DNA of 37,535 nucleotides, from positions 1 to 37,535 of IMG/VR virus record IMGVR_UViG_3300037467_001783, one strand, 5' to 3'. This DNA comes from a virus (lineage: Duplodnaviria > Caudoviricetes). This document shows positions 18,634 to 27,214 of this stretch, in pieces (within the stretch, counting starts at the first letter, position 1; the number at the start of each line of letters is the position of its first letter). A program made the position numbers and the translations under genes. Below the pieces are notes generated by a model. That model did no database searches. It saw only the letters and a program-made list of their open reading frames with translations, and was not told where the DNA came from.

Positions 18634-18729
18634 TTAATTTTGCTTTCCTTTACCACATCTTATACAAACATCTGTATAATAATCTCTTTTATGATAGCCT
18701 TTAAAGAAACAAATTAATTTACTAAACAT
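18634..18729 (-). CDS. 31-aa Cys/His (Zn-binding) peptide
   Basis: MFSKLICFFKGYH...CIRCGK; aggaggt RBS. Confidence 0.55.
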   Translation of the reverse strand: MFSKLICFFKGYHKRDYYTDVCIRCGKGKQN

Positions 18730-18785
18730 GACCTTACCTCCTTTCACCTTTTAAGGCAGAGTACATTAAGCACTCCGCCAAAGTT

Positions 18786-19058
18786 TCACTTCATTACAAA
18801 AGGAACTTCCTTCTCAACCCAATTAAGATTCTCATTAAAATTTTCTTCATCTTCAAATTTTTTAATCCACATTTGCTTCTCTTCATAAAGACCATCACCA
18901 GTATTACACTCATATTCATAACTTATCTGACTGTAATTAGATCGGATATCTTGTTCTGTTGTAGGCTTCGGCCAATGTAACCCAACTAAACCTGTATTAC
19001 TTGCTGCAAAGTGCTCACCAATTAAATTCAATTGTTCTTTTGTAAACATTAGTTCCAA
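18786..19058 (-). CDS. Hypothetical protein
   Basis: ORF with aggagg RBS; followed by a hairpin. Confidence 0.65.
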   Translation of the reverse strand: MELMFTKEQLNLIGEHFAASNTGLVGLHWPKPTTEQDIRSNYSQISYEYECNTGDGLYEEKQMWIKKFEDEENFNENLNWVEKEVPFVMK

Positions 19059-19252
19059 CCTCCTGACAATTCTGTAACCTTACCATATCTACCGTACCCA
19101 ACATTACTAAAGTATTCATCATCGTCGCCTTCTTCACCCCAAATAACATTTACATAATCACCTTTTAATTGGCTGCTTTTAATTTCAATATCTTTACCAT
19201 ATTGCACTTCCATAAATCTTAATGCTTGTTCAACTGTAATTTGTTTTTTCAT
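19049..19252 (-). CDS. Hypothetical protein
   Basis: ggagg RBS; downstream of promoter 19296-19324. Confidence 0.65.
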   Translation of the reverse strand: MKKQITVEQALRFMEVQYGKDIEIKSSQLKGDYVNVIWGEEGDDDEYFSNVGYGRYGKVTELSGGWN

Positions 19253-19295
19253 TGAACTTGACCTCCAAACAATTTGTAATATTTATCATATATTA

Positions 19296-19324
19296 AATAT
19301 AACACTTTTTTATAAAACTGTAAA
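19296..19324 (-). promoter_or_regulatory. SigA-like promoter
   Basis: TTTACA-N17-TATATT with TG extension. Confidence 0.65.
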
Positions 19325-19385
19325 TAGAATTTTTTCTATTTGTGGGAAAAAAATAATCGCCCTGTAGAGAGGGGCGATTTAAGTA

Positions 19386-19625
19386 TTATCTTTCGTTCAT
19401 ATCGGCAACGGCATCAAGCTCATTGCCGAAGTAGTGCCCAAGGTTAAAACCTCTATTGAAGATGTATGATACTGCTTCAAGTTTGTGATTAACTACCACA
19501 CACTTTACCATGTAATCATCTTGAGGGTGGTTAAAAGGTTTTACAGCAATCACCTTATAATTTAATTTGTACGCCTCAGTAAGCATTTCGTTAATAGTTT
19601 CAATCAATAAGTTTGTCATTTTCAT
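19386..19625 (-). CDS. Hypothetical protein (start revised to ATG 19625)
   Basis: gaggt RBS; own promoter and terminator (aatcgccc...gggcgatt). Confidence 0.65.
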   Translation of the reverse strand: MKMTNLLIETINEMLTEAYKLNYKVIAVKPFNHPQDDYMVKCVVVNHKLEAVSYIFNRGFNLGHYFGNELDAVADMNER

Positions 19626-19661
19626 TACCTCACTTTGTTTTATTATTATCTCCACATATAT

Positions 19662-19690
19662 ATAATAATCTATTTCTTAATTCTTGTATA
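19662..19690 (-). promoter_or_regulatory. SigA-like promoter
   Basis: TATACA-N17-TATTAT; shares an 18-bp identical downstream block with the promoter at 19999. Confidence 0.55.
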
Positions 19691-19749
19691 TAGTTTTCTG
19701 AAAGATTTAAAAAAAAATTTTAAGAGGGGTGGAACTTCCCTCTTATTAT

Positions 19750-19962
19750 TTACTTGTACATTTTAATCATTTTAAGCATATGTAAAGGTTCATCTGTTGA
19801 TTCTTCATAATCCCCTTCACTTGTTTCAGCATACATTTCATCAAACTTACTGTTAATTCGTAGCACCCACTTTCCGTCTTTACTTTTTCTTTTATATTCA
19901 TCTTCAATGTTATTATACTCAAAACCTATAATTTCAAGTAATCCTTCAACTAATTCTCTCAT
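19750..19962 (-). CDS. Hypothetical protein
   Basis: gaggtg RBS; own promoter and terminator. Confidence 0.65.
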   Translation of the reverse strand: MRELVEGLLEIIGFEYNNIEDEYKRKSKDGKWVLRINSKFDEMYAETSEGDYEESTDEPLHMLKMIKMYK

Positions 19963-19998
19963 ATTCTCACCTCATATTATAATTTGTTCCACATATAT

Positions 19999-20027
19999 AT
20001 AATAACACTTTCCACAGAAAAAGTAAA
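19999..20027 (-). promoter_or_regulatory. SigA-like promoter
   Basis: TTTACT-N17-TATTAT with TG extension. Confidence 0.6.
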
Positions 20028-20107
20028 TAGTTTTAAATAAAATATTTGTTTTATGTAAAAATAAAGGATCGAAGCTCAATACTGGTATGGCTTCAATCCT
20101 CACAATT

Positions 20108-20521
20108 TTATTTTTTATTCTTTTTCTCTTGTTTTCTTAATTGTTTGAGGTTTTTAACTTCAATCCAACCTCCGCCGAACTTTTTAGGCGCTCTAGTGAC
20201 TAATTTCAATTCTTGTGGAAATTTTCTCTCAAACATCTTGCTTTTAAGCTTAAAGGCAGCAGTTTCTGTACCCTTCACATCAATTATTATATTTTCACCG
20301 TTAAGAGTTATAATACCGAAGTCTGCGTTGTACTCAATCTTCCGGAATTTAATTCCACGCTTCTCAAATGCAGGGTGAATTTCAAATTTTGGTTGAAGGA
20401 CAAAGGCAAGAACCTCACCTTTATCCAACTGTTCTAATAGGTACAAGAAATAGTCTGCTTCCATTTGTGAATCAAATTTAATACCTTGAACGATTGTCTT
20501 CTTAGCATTATATTTTGTCAT
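20108..20521 (-). CDS. DUF1064-family PD-(D/E)xK endonuclease-like protein
   Basis: KYNAKKTIVQGIKFDSQMEADYF...LQPKF...YNADF...IDVKG. Confidence 0.85.
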   Translation of the reverse strand: MTKYNAKKTIVQGIKFDSQMEADYFLYLLEQLDKGEVLAFVLQPKFEIHPAFEKRGIKFRKIEYNADFGIITLNGENIIIDVKGTETAAFKLKSKMFERKFPQELKLVTRAPKKFGGGWIEVKNLKQLRKQEKKNKK

Positions 20522-21093
20522 AGAAGCCTTTCAACTGCCTTAATAATATCTTTATGAATTTCTTCTGGGTGACCTATTCCATCAATTGTAACATCTGAAT
20601 ACCAAAAGAAAAGCGCACGAACTTCATTTAATAATTTTAAATCAGATTCATAACGGTCATTTTCTCCATGCTTCCCTTTTCTTTTCATACTTTCCTCGGC
20701 AGGAATGTCAATAAAGATCTCCATATTAGGTTTCCTCATAAATCTTTGAAGCTGATGAACCCAATCATTAGGCATATCATTTGCAAGTGAATATACAAAC
20801 TGACTCTTTGTATATCTATCAAGTATAAGAAAATCTATACCTTGATCCTCTAATTCTTTAAACCATTTTTGTTGAGCTTGTTTGTCTGCTGCCATAACAA
20901 GTTCAATTGTTGTCTGGTCAACATCCCATTCTTTATACAGCCATTTTTTAATAAGTTGCCCAGTAGGCGTATCATATCTATGGAACTCAGACTTTTCAAC
21001 TTTATAACCTCTACTTCTTAAATAATCAACAAGCATATTTGATTGAGTGTGTTTCCCTGATTTGTCAAGGCCTTCAATTACAATTATTTTCAT
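20518..21093 (-). CDS. tmk: Thymidylate (dNMP) kinase
   Basis: IVIEGLDKSGKHTQ P-loop; ILDRY; KPNMEIFIDIP; RYE. Confidence 0.88.
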   Translation of the reverse strand: MKIIVIEGLDKSGKHTQSNMLVDYLRSRGYKVEKSEFHRYDTPTGQLIKKWLYKEWDVDQTTIELVMAADKQAQQKWFKELEDQGIDFLILDRYTKSQFVYSLANDMPNDWVHQLQRFMRKPNMEIFIDIPAEESMKRKGKHGENDRYESDLKLLNEVRALFFWYSDVTIDGIGHPEEIHKDIIKAVERLL

Positions 21094-21115
21094 AATTATC
21101 CTCCTAAGATGACAA

Positions 21116-21137
21116 TAAGGAACCCGAAGGTTCCTTA
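21116..21137 (-). terminator. Hairpin with cUUCGg tetraloop
   Basis: Minus strand taaggaacc-ttcg-ggttcctta. Confidence 0.7.
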
Positions 21138-21142
21138 GTTAT

Positions 21143-21727
21143 TTATTCTTTTGAATCGTTTACAACTCTACCATTTTTAGCAGCGAGTGAATTAACGTGA
21201 GCAGTTTTACCAAAAACCGTTTTTTCAGAATTATTAATTACTTTATAAACTTTCCCACTATATTCAATGAAATCTCCAACTTCTGCATTTTTTGGTTGAG
21301 GAGCATTTAAGAACTCCTCAGGAACTGGTTTTCCTAAAGCACGATATAGTGCAATTGCTTTACCAATATGAACATTAAAAGCATCAACTGTAGGATCACA
21401 CTTTGCAATACCTTTAGATCGAATAATTTTAGTTCTAAAACCTTTAAGTAAAACAACAACCGCGCCTTTGGCAATATTTACATGGAACTCTGCTTCACAT
21501 GCAGCAGATTTAGTGGCGATATAGAGCCCCTGTTCATTTTTTAGTTCAGTAATAGCTTGTTTTGCTTTATCAATTACTTTTTGACGCTCAGATCTTGAAT
21601 CAATAGGTGTTGGTGCAGCAAGTGGAAGTTTGCGACCGACTGTTAAGCGTACTTTTAATTCATTATTAATATCTTCCAAAAGATTAATAAGTTGAGAATC
21701 AGTTAAAGTTTGGACGTATTTAATCAT
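21143..21727 (-). CDS. Conserved phage hypothetical protein
   Basis: KGIAKC...FNVHIGKAIALYRALG motif recurrent in Bacillus phage proteins. Confidence 0.7.
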   Translation of the reverse strand: MIKYVQTLTDSQLINLLEDINNELKVRLTVGRKLPLAAPTPIDSRSERQKVIDKAKQAITELKNEQGLYIATKSAACEAEFHVNIAKGAVVVLLKGFRTKIIRSKGIAKCDPTVDAFNVHIGKAIALYRALGKPVPEEFLNAPQPKNAEVGDFIEYSGKVYKVINNSEKTVFGKTAHVNSLAAKNGRVVNDSKE

Positions 21728-21729
21728 TA

Positions 21730-22254
21730 TTATTTGCCCTCCGCAAGTTTAATTTGTTTTTCAATTTCAGCAGCAAGTTTTGGTTCTGGTGCTTCCCAAC
21801 CTTCAGGTTTCATAACTTTACCATCACCTTCACGTCGGATCGGTTTACCATCAGGACCTAGTTTTGACATATTCGCTTCTTGAACAATATCGAACAGCGG
21901 TTGTGGTTCTACACCCATCATTGAGAAAGTACCTTGTGTAAAATAGTTAATATCAGTGAAGGCATCTGCTAAAGCAACTAATTTATTTTTAGCATTAACA
22001 TCTTTGTTTTTAATTGATTTATTTTCAGCTTTGATAATTGCGTCAATTAAATCAGTAACTGCACTAAAGAATGTAGCATTATTAGTTGATACTGCCGCAA
22101 GTGCTTCAACTAATTCTTCACCAATATAATTTACACGCTTTTGAACATCTTCATCACTAAGTTCGATTGGGGTTTTAGAATAATCAAGACCAAATGCTTT
22201 TTGAAACTCATCAGTTTGTGCTTTTGCATAATTAAGACCTCTTAATTGCATCAT
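21730..22254 (-). CDS. All-alpha NTP pyrophosphohydrolase (MazG/PRA-PH-like); start revised to MMQLRG
   Basis: EFQKAFG, EELVE, DAFTDINY, VQEANMSK, REGDGKVMKPEGW. Confidence 0.85.
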   Translation of the reverse strand: MMQLRGLNYAKAQTDEFQKAFGLDYSKTPIELSDEDVQKRVNYIGEELVEALAAVSTNNATFFSAVTDLIDAIIKAENKSIKNKDVNAKNKLVALADAFTDINYFTQGTFSMMGVEPQPLFDIVQEANMSKLGPDGKPIRREGDGKVMKPEGWEAPEPKLAAEIEKQIKLAEGK

Positions 22255-22255
22255 T

Positions 22256-22660
22256 TTAAAGTACCTCCTGTAATTGTTTAAATTGTTCAAGTAATTCAGC
22301 CATGGCAGGATTTTGTTTTGCAAGAATTTCATAAATTTCTAGCTCCTGGGCTTTTTTACGTTCAATTTCCATCATAACTTTTATTTTTTCAATTTTAGCA
22401 GCAGCTTCAACTCGTTTTGTATGAGCTTCAAGATCAATCTTTTGAATTAACCAACGAGACGGAATTTTAACTCCTGTATTACCGAAACCTAAATCATCAT
22501 ATCTTACAAATTGGCAAATTCTTAAACCGTTTATTGTATCAACAACAACTATATTACCTTTCTCTAAACCTTCTACTTCAGTAACAAAATTGTATTCCTT
22601 ACCAAAAGAACTTGATAAACGGTCAGTATCAGGGAATGTAACAACAGCAACTTTTTTCAT
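22256..22660 (-). CDS. Hypothetical protein with N-terminal beta-barrel domain and coiled coil
   Basis: VAVVTF...YNFVTEVEGLEKGNIVVVDT; paralogous to the next ORF. Confidence 0.7.
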   Translation of the reverse strand: MKKVAVVTFPDTDRLSSSFGKEYNFVTEVEGLEKGNIVVVDTINGLRICQFVRYDDLGFGNTGVKIPSRWLIQKIDLEAHTKRVEAAAKIEKIKVMMEIERKKAQELEIYEILAKQNPAMAELLEQFKQLQEVL

Positions 22661-22690
22661 AATATAATCTCCTCCGAATTTTAATTTTTA

Positions 22691-23146
22691 TTAAAGCTTT
22701 GAAGTGTACCAACCTTTGTAAACCTGAACAATTTTAGGTTCCAAGGACATAGCATTCTTAATTAAATTTGAAGCACCATCAGTTTCCCAACCCATTTGTT
22801 CTGCAATATCTCTCATACTTAACATCATAGGATGTTGTTCTTGAAGAATACCACGAAGTTGTTTAGCATCTGCTTCTCTTTGTTGTTTAGTACGGACGTT
22901 ACGACTTCCAGTTTTAACTCCTGTAAAAGTTTTTGTTGTATTTACAACTGCTTTATGAAGTACCTTTTTATTAGGAACAAACCCAATTATATCACTTGGT
23001 ACATAACCAACAAACGTTACAGACTTATTTTTACCATCAGCATTAACAACAAGGTTATCTCCTTTTTCTAAACCTTCAATTTCACAAGCATAGAAATAAG
23101 ATTTTTCAGTACCTTCAAATTTTACAGCAGCAACAGTATTAGACAT
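22691..23146 (-). CDS. Hypothetical protein, same N-terminal domain plus C-terminal winged-HTH-like region
   Basis: VAAVKF...YFYACEIEGLEKGDNLVVNA; LSMRDIAEQMGW...GWY. Confidence 0.7.
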   Translation of the reverse strand: MSNTVAAVKFEGTEKSYFYACEIEGLEKGDNLVVNADGKNKSVTFVGYVPSDIIGFVPNKKVLHKAVVNTTKTFTGVKTGSRNVRTKQQREADAKQLRGILQEQHPMMLSMRDIAEQMGWETDGASNLIKNAMSLEPKIVQVYKGWYTSKL

Positions 23147-23196
23147 TTACATTACCTCCATTTTGTTTTATGTATTTTAGGGAAGTACCCGGGGAA

Positions 23197-23415
23197 TTAC
23201 TCCCCGAAGTACATTTCAAAAGCATCTTTTTCTACAACATGGTCAACTTCAACAGTTACCACCCAGTATTCCATGCCTTTTTTAACTTTTTTAGTGATTG
23301 AAGATTTCTTGATCTCATATTGAGACTTATAATCTTCCACGATACGCTTTGCAGCAGCTTCAGAACCTGCCATATGCTTGAATGATTGACCTAACAAAAT
23401 ATTTAATTCACTCAC
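23197..23415 (-). CDS. Hypothetical protein (likely GTG start at 23415)
   Basis: The track ATG overlaps the ggagg RBS; promoter 23451-23479 upstream. Confidence 0.6.
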   Translation of the reverse strand: MSELNILLGQSFKHMAGSEAAAKRIVEDYKSQYEIKKSSITKKVKKGMEYWVVTVEVDHVVEKDAFEMYFGE

Positions 23416-23450
23416 AATTTTTACCTCCATTATTTAATGATTACATAAAC

Positions 23451-23479
23451 ATTATATATAGAAAAAATTTGTTTGTTAA
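23451..23479 (-). promoter_or_regulatory. SigA-like promoter
   Basis: TTAACA-N17-TATAAT-GTTTATGTA. Confidence 0.7.
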
Positions 23480-23480
23480 C

Positions 23481-23654
23481 TTATTTTGAATTTTTTTTCC
23501 ATTTTTCATAATTTGTTTTTAAAAAGTTATCAATCTCAGAACTTATCTGGGATCTAACTTCAGGAGTATTAGAACGTCCTACAAAGATTTGTAGTTTGTC
23601 CTCTACACCTTTTCTTAAATTATCATCTTCAGGAAATGCTAATGTAGTTTTCAT
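23481..23654 (-). CDS. Hypothetical protein (57 aa; not in ORF track)
   Basis: ATGA overlap with the glycosyltransferase stop; MKTTLAFPEDDNLRKG... Confidence 0.5.
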   Translation of the reverse strand: MKTTLAFPEDDNLRKGVEDKLQIFVGRSNTPEVRSQISSEIDNFLKTNYEKWKKNSK

Positions 23655-24850
23655 AGTTTCTTCATATCCCTTACTGCCTGATTAATTAAATTAACAAACT
23701 TTGCACCATTTTTTGGAAAGTTACTTACTTGAGAAATTAGAATATTCTTTAAACGATAATAAGCCTTACTATTACCCTCAAGATAGTCAATCTTAGCTTT
23801 CATATCTACAGCATCTTCAACATATAACCATTCAGGTACCTTATGATATTTAACCAACAAGCGGTCTTTATCATATGATTTATGGAAGAAAGGAATAATT
23901 CCATTTGTTACTGCTTCAACCCATTTACCTGAAATATCTCCGTCAATGATTGGGTAAGTAAAAGTATATTTTACGGATGGTAGGATTGTTTGTAATTCAT
24001 CAAAGGTTACGGAGCCTTTATACTTTGGATTGTCAGGCATATCCCACTTTCCATAAACAACAATTTCATTTTCTCCAAAAGCATCAACCACTTCTTGAAT
24101 GGCTTTAATACGTTTTTTATTATCGTACTGATGGAAGAATAAAGCAACTTTCTGGGTCTTTTCCTCATTGTGACGGAAAGTATTCCATTTACTATCAAGA
24201 AGATATTGAAATTCCGCATAACCATATCTTAGATCAATTTTATGTTTAACCATAGTCTCTTGATCTTCATATGACTTCATACGTTCAATCTCGATTTTAC
24301 CTTCTCTAACTCCAAGACTAATTTTCTCAGGATTTAAAAGATCACGAGCAGGTAAAGGCATATAACGACCATCTGAAGTTATAGTAAGCCAATCTATACC
24401 TGATTCATTAAGATAATAAGTGATAGGACTAACGTAATTAACGAGAGACTGAATAGGCGAACGGAGTTTGCCAATGATGGGTTTGCCAGTCTTTCTGTCC
24501 AAGCAATAAATACGATTGGGTATAGAAAGAGAACACATACCTCCATGAATGATACCATAATCTATCTCAATTCCTTCCAACTGATTTACAACCCAAGTTG
24601 TTGGATCATGTTCTTTTGGTTTAAACTCTGTCCAAACATCAATTACATTTCCATGAGGAAACCAAAAATCATAAACTTCTTTTCCAACACGACTTAGGTC
24701 TGATTTTCCAATAAAATAATAAGTATTATTTGGATTAAGTTTCGCAATAGCGCTGATTAAAATAGGAAACTCATTATTACCCGCTGAATCTTTCCACTTA
24801 TTACGGTCAAAGAACGTCGAGCGTCCTAACTTTCCAGTTACTACGTTCAT
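23651..24850 (-). CDS. GT-B glycosyltransferase resembling T4 DNA beta-glucosyltransferase
   Basis: TITSDGRYMP resembles BGT LFTDxRLP; VYGKW...YKGSVTFDEL...ISGKWVEAV...FHKSYD...LYVED..DMKAKIDYL parallels the BGT C-terminal domain. Confidence 0.7.
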   Translation of the reverse strand: MNVVTGKLGRSTFFDRNKWKDSAGNNEFPILISAIAKLNPNNTYYFIGKSDLSRVGKEVYDFWFPHGNVIDVWTEFKPKEHDPTTWVVNQLEGIEIDYGIIHGGMCSLSIPNRIYCLDRKTGKPIIGKLRSPIQSLVNYVSPITYYLNESGIDWLTITSDGRYMPLPARDLLNPEKISLGVREGKIEIERMKSYEDQETMVKHKIDLRYGYAEFQYLLDSKWNTFRHNEEKTQKVALFFHQYDNKKRIKAIQEVVDAFGENEIVVYGKWDMPDNPKYKGSVTFDELQTILPSVKYTFTYPIIDGDISGKWVEAVTNGIIPFFHKSYDKDRLLVKYHKVPEWLYVEDAVDMKAKIDYLEGNSKAYYRLKNILISQVSNFPKNGAKFVNLINQAVRDMKKL

Positions 24851-25533
24851 TATGCTGCCATCTCCTTTTTATATTCTCTAATAATCTCTTGAACTTTTAA
24901 CATTCGACTTACAATTTCTGCAGTTTTTTTACAAAGTTCCTCATTATATTTAATGTCTATTGGTGACTTAACCATTTCCTCAAAGTCATAAACGGTTAAA
25001 GACATAAATTTTTCTACTACTTCTTTAGTAGTTTCTTTTGCTACACGATTAAGAAGCAATCGTCCATCTTGATAAACTCTTTGACCCCAAGGTTCAGCAA
25101 AACCATGGTCAATACAAAATAAATTATCATTAAGTACTCCATAGTTACTACCATGCCTATCATCATTGTATAAAATTTCATCAAAAAGTGCAAGTCTATC
25201 TTCTGCTCCACTATCAAGTTTACCGCCATAGTTGTTCGCTGTTATAAAATCTTCTTCCCAAGTATGAACAGAACATAAATCATAATCTAAACCAATAAGT
25301 AGTCCACAATCAATGAGCTTAACCTCATTTACTGCAATTCCAATTGCTTGTCCCAATTTGTATGCAAAGTACTCAGCTAAACAATCTCGACTATCATGAT
25401 GTGTACCTGCCTTAATTAAGACTTTCTTTCCATTTGAAGTACCAAGAACTTTTGGTGATACTCCACCAATTCTTCCCCAAGCTTCATCTTTGCCTTCAGT
25501 CATTGTGATACCGTATTTTTCAAGGCTGCTCAT
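24850..25533 (-). CDS. HipA-like / PI3-4-kinase-fold kinase
   Basis: GGVSPK Gly-loop, LIKA, AEYFAYKL, DEILYNDDRHGSNY, IDHG. Confidence 0.82.
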   Translation of the reverse strand: MSSLEKYGITMTEGKDEAWGRIGGVSPKVLGTSNGKKVLIKAGTHHDSRDCLAEYFAYKLGQAIGIAVNEVKLIDCGLLIGLDYDLCSVHTWEEDFITANNYGGKLDSGAEDRLALFDEILYNDDRHGSNYGVLNDNLFCIDHGFAEPWGQRVYQDGRLLLNRVAKETTKEVVEKFMSLTVYDFEEMVKSPIDIKYNEELCKKTAEIVSRMLKVQEIIREYKKEMAA

Positions 25534-25576
25534 TACCGTTCCTCCTCATAAAAAAAATATCATCCAATACATATAC

Positions 25577-25605
25577 ATTATATATACTGAATGATATTTG
25601 GTAAA
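25577..25605 (-). promoter_or_regulatory. SigA-like promoter of the kinase-glycosyltransferase operon
   Basis: TTTACC-N17-TATAAT-GTATATGTA. Confidence 0.7.
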
Positions 25606-25623
25606 CTTTATTTAATTATTTTT

Positions 25624-25848
25624 CTACATTTTTTGAATTAAAAATTTAGAGAAGGTTCCTTTAACCATACCTCTTACAACTTTATCTTCACGACCAACAA
25701 TATCTCTAGTTGGTACTAAGACTTCCATAAGATCTCCGTGATAATATTCAAAAATTTCACTTTTATCTTGTTGGCGTGAAGCTTCAATCACTTCTCCACG
25801 CTCATATTTTTCAATATCTTCCCAACGTACAATTAAAGTTACTCTCAT
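25624..25848 (-). CDS. Hypothetical protein
   Basis: ATGA overlap with the nucleotidyltransferase gene. Confidence 0.6.
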   Translation of the reverse strand: MRVTLIVRWEDIEKYERGEVIEASRQQDKSEIFEYYHGDLMEVLVPTRDIVGREDKVVRGMVKGTFSKFLIQKM

Positions 25849-26609
25849 TCTAATTCCCCCGCATTAGCTTTTAAAAAAGCATATTGTTGTGCTTCAAATA
25901 AAGCATCTTTATTTCCACAATCAAACCAAGTATCAGTTAAAGGACGGTGTGAAAACTCTCCCCATTTAATATACTGATTAATAACATGGGTAATCTCGTA
26001 TTCTCCTCTAGGTGATAATCGAAGATTATCAATAATATCCCAGACATTACTATCGTAAATTTGGATACCGCAGAAAGCAAATTCAGAAGGTGGATTGTGA
26101 GGCTTTTCAACCAACTCACAAGGATAATCTTCATTATCAAAGTCTAAGATAGCAAACCTTCTGAGGGTCTCAGTATTCTTAAATTGCTTTGTACTAATTA
26201 AACACCCTACACCTTCATTACCGTACTGATATTCTTTTAGGAATGGTTCTAACTTGTCATACATGATATTATCAGCACAAAGAACTACAATTTTACTATC
26301 CCCTGCCCAGTATTGAGCTTGTTGTAAAGCATTAGGAACTCCCATCGGTCGATCTTGATAAAAGTATGTAAATCTAACTCCATACTTATTACCTGACTTA
26401 AGGTAATCCATTGTTTCTCCTGCTGATTTAGTTCCAAGAATAATAGCAATATCTTTAATTCCTGCTTCAGCTAAAGTATAAACCGAATACTCAATCATTA
26501 ACTTGTCATAAACCGGCATTAAGAATTTATTTGTAATATCAGTTAGAGGGGACAATCGAGAACCTTGTCCACCTGCTAAAATAATCCCTTTAAAATTCAT
26601 CTTCTTCAC
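25845..26609 (-). CDS. Sugar-1-phosphate nucleotidyltransferase (short RmlA/SpsI-like)
   Basis: GIILAGGQGSRLSPLT..NKFLMPVYDK, EKP, SPRGEYEIT, WFDCGN. Confidence 0.9.
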   Translation of the reverse strand: MKKMNFKGIILAGGQGSRLSPLTDITNKFLMPVYDKLMIEYSVYTLAEAGIKDIAIILGTKSAGETMDYLKSGNKYGVRFTYFYQDRPMGVPNALQQAQYWAGDSKIVVLCADNIMYDKLEPFLKEYQYGNEGVGCLISTKQFKNTETLRRFAILDFDNEDYPCELVEKPHNPPSEFAFCGIQIYDSNVWDIIDNLRLSPRGEYEITHVINQYIKWGEFSHRPLTDTWFDCGNKDALFEAQQYAFLKANAGELE

Positions 26610-27214
26610 TCATCCTCATATTTGACTTCAACGATAGCTTCTATTCCTGCAGCTTCAGCAGCTTGAAAACCAATTTGATTATCTTCAAATACAATAACTT
26701 CTTCAGGTTTAACTTGTAGCATAAGCATAGTATAATTATAAGCTTCAGGAGATGGTTTTGCTTGTCCTAAAATATCTGAGGTTGTAAGATGGTGAACATA
26801 AAATGTTAATCCTAAAGCATCAAGAATTTGTTGAATACTTCTCTTACGTCCATTTGATACAACTCCAATTAAGTGTGTTTCATGTTTGTCCTTAATAAGT
26901 TGTACTAACGTTTCATTCGGCTCCATATATTTTTCTAAGGTGAACTGTAAAAGTCTTTGTTTATCTCTTATAATATCATCAACTTTTTCAGCATAACCTT
27001 TTTTAACAACAGTTTCTTCCATTAAGATTTTTCCACCATAAGGTGCCCATTTTTTATGTTCTTCCATATTAAATGGAACCTCATTAAGTGAAAATGCTAA
27101 TTCATAAGCTTTATTGTGTGATTCCATAGTCTGAGCAAGTGTTCCATCAACATCAAATAATAAAGCTTTCTTTTTATTGATATTATACTCTTGTAAAATT
27201 TGTGTTAGTTCCAT
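26606..27214 (-). CDS. HAD-superfamily phosphatase (beta-PGM/YqaB-like)
   Basis: FDVDGT, VSNG, KPSP, FEDNQIGFQAAEAAG. Confidence 0.9.
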   Translation of the reverse strand: MELTQILQEYNINKKKALLFDVDGTLAQTMESHNKAYELAFSLNEVPFNMEEHKKWAPYGGKILMEETVVKKGYAEKVDDIIRDKQRLLQFTLEKYMEPNETLVQLIKDKHETHLIGVVSNGRKRSIQQILDALGLTFYVHHLTTSDILGQAKPSPEAYNYTMLMLQVKPEEVIVFEDNQIGFQAAEAAGIEAIVEVKYEDE

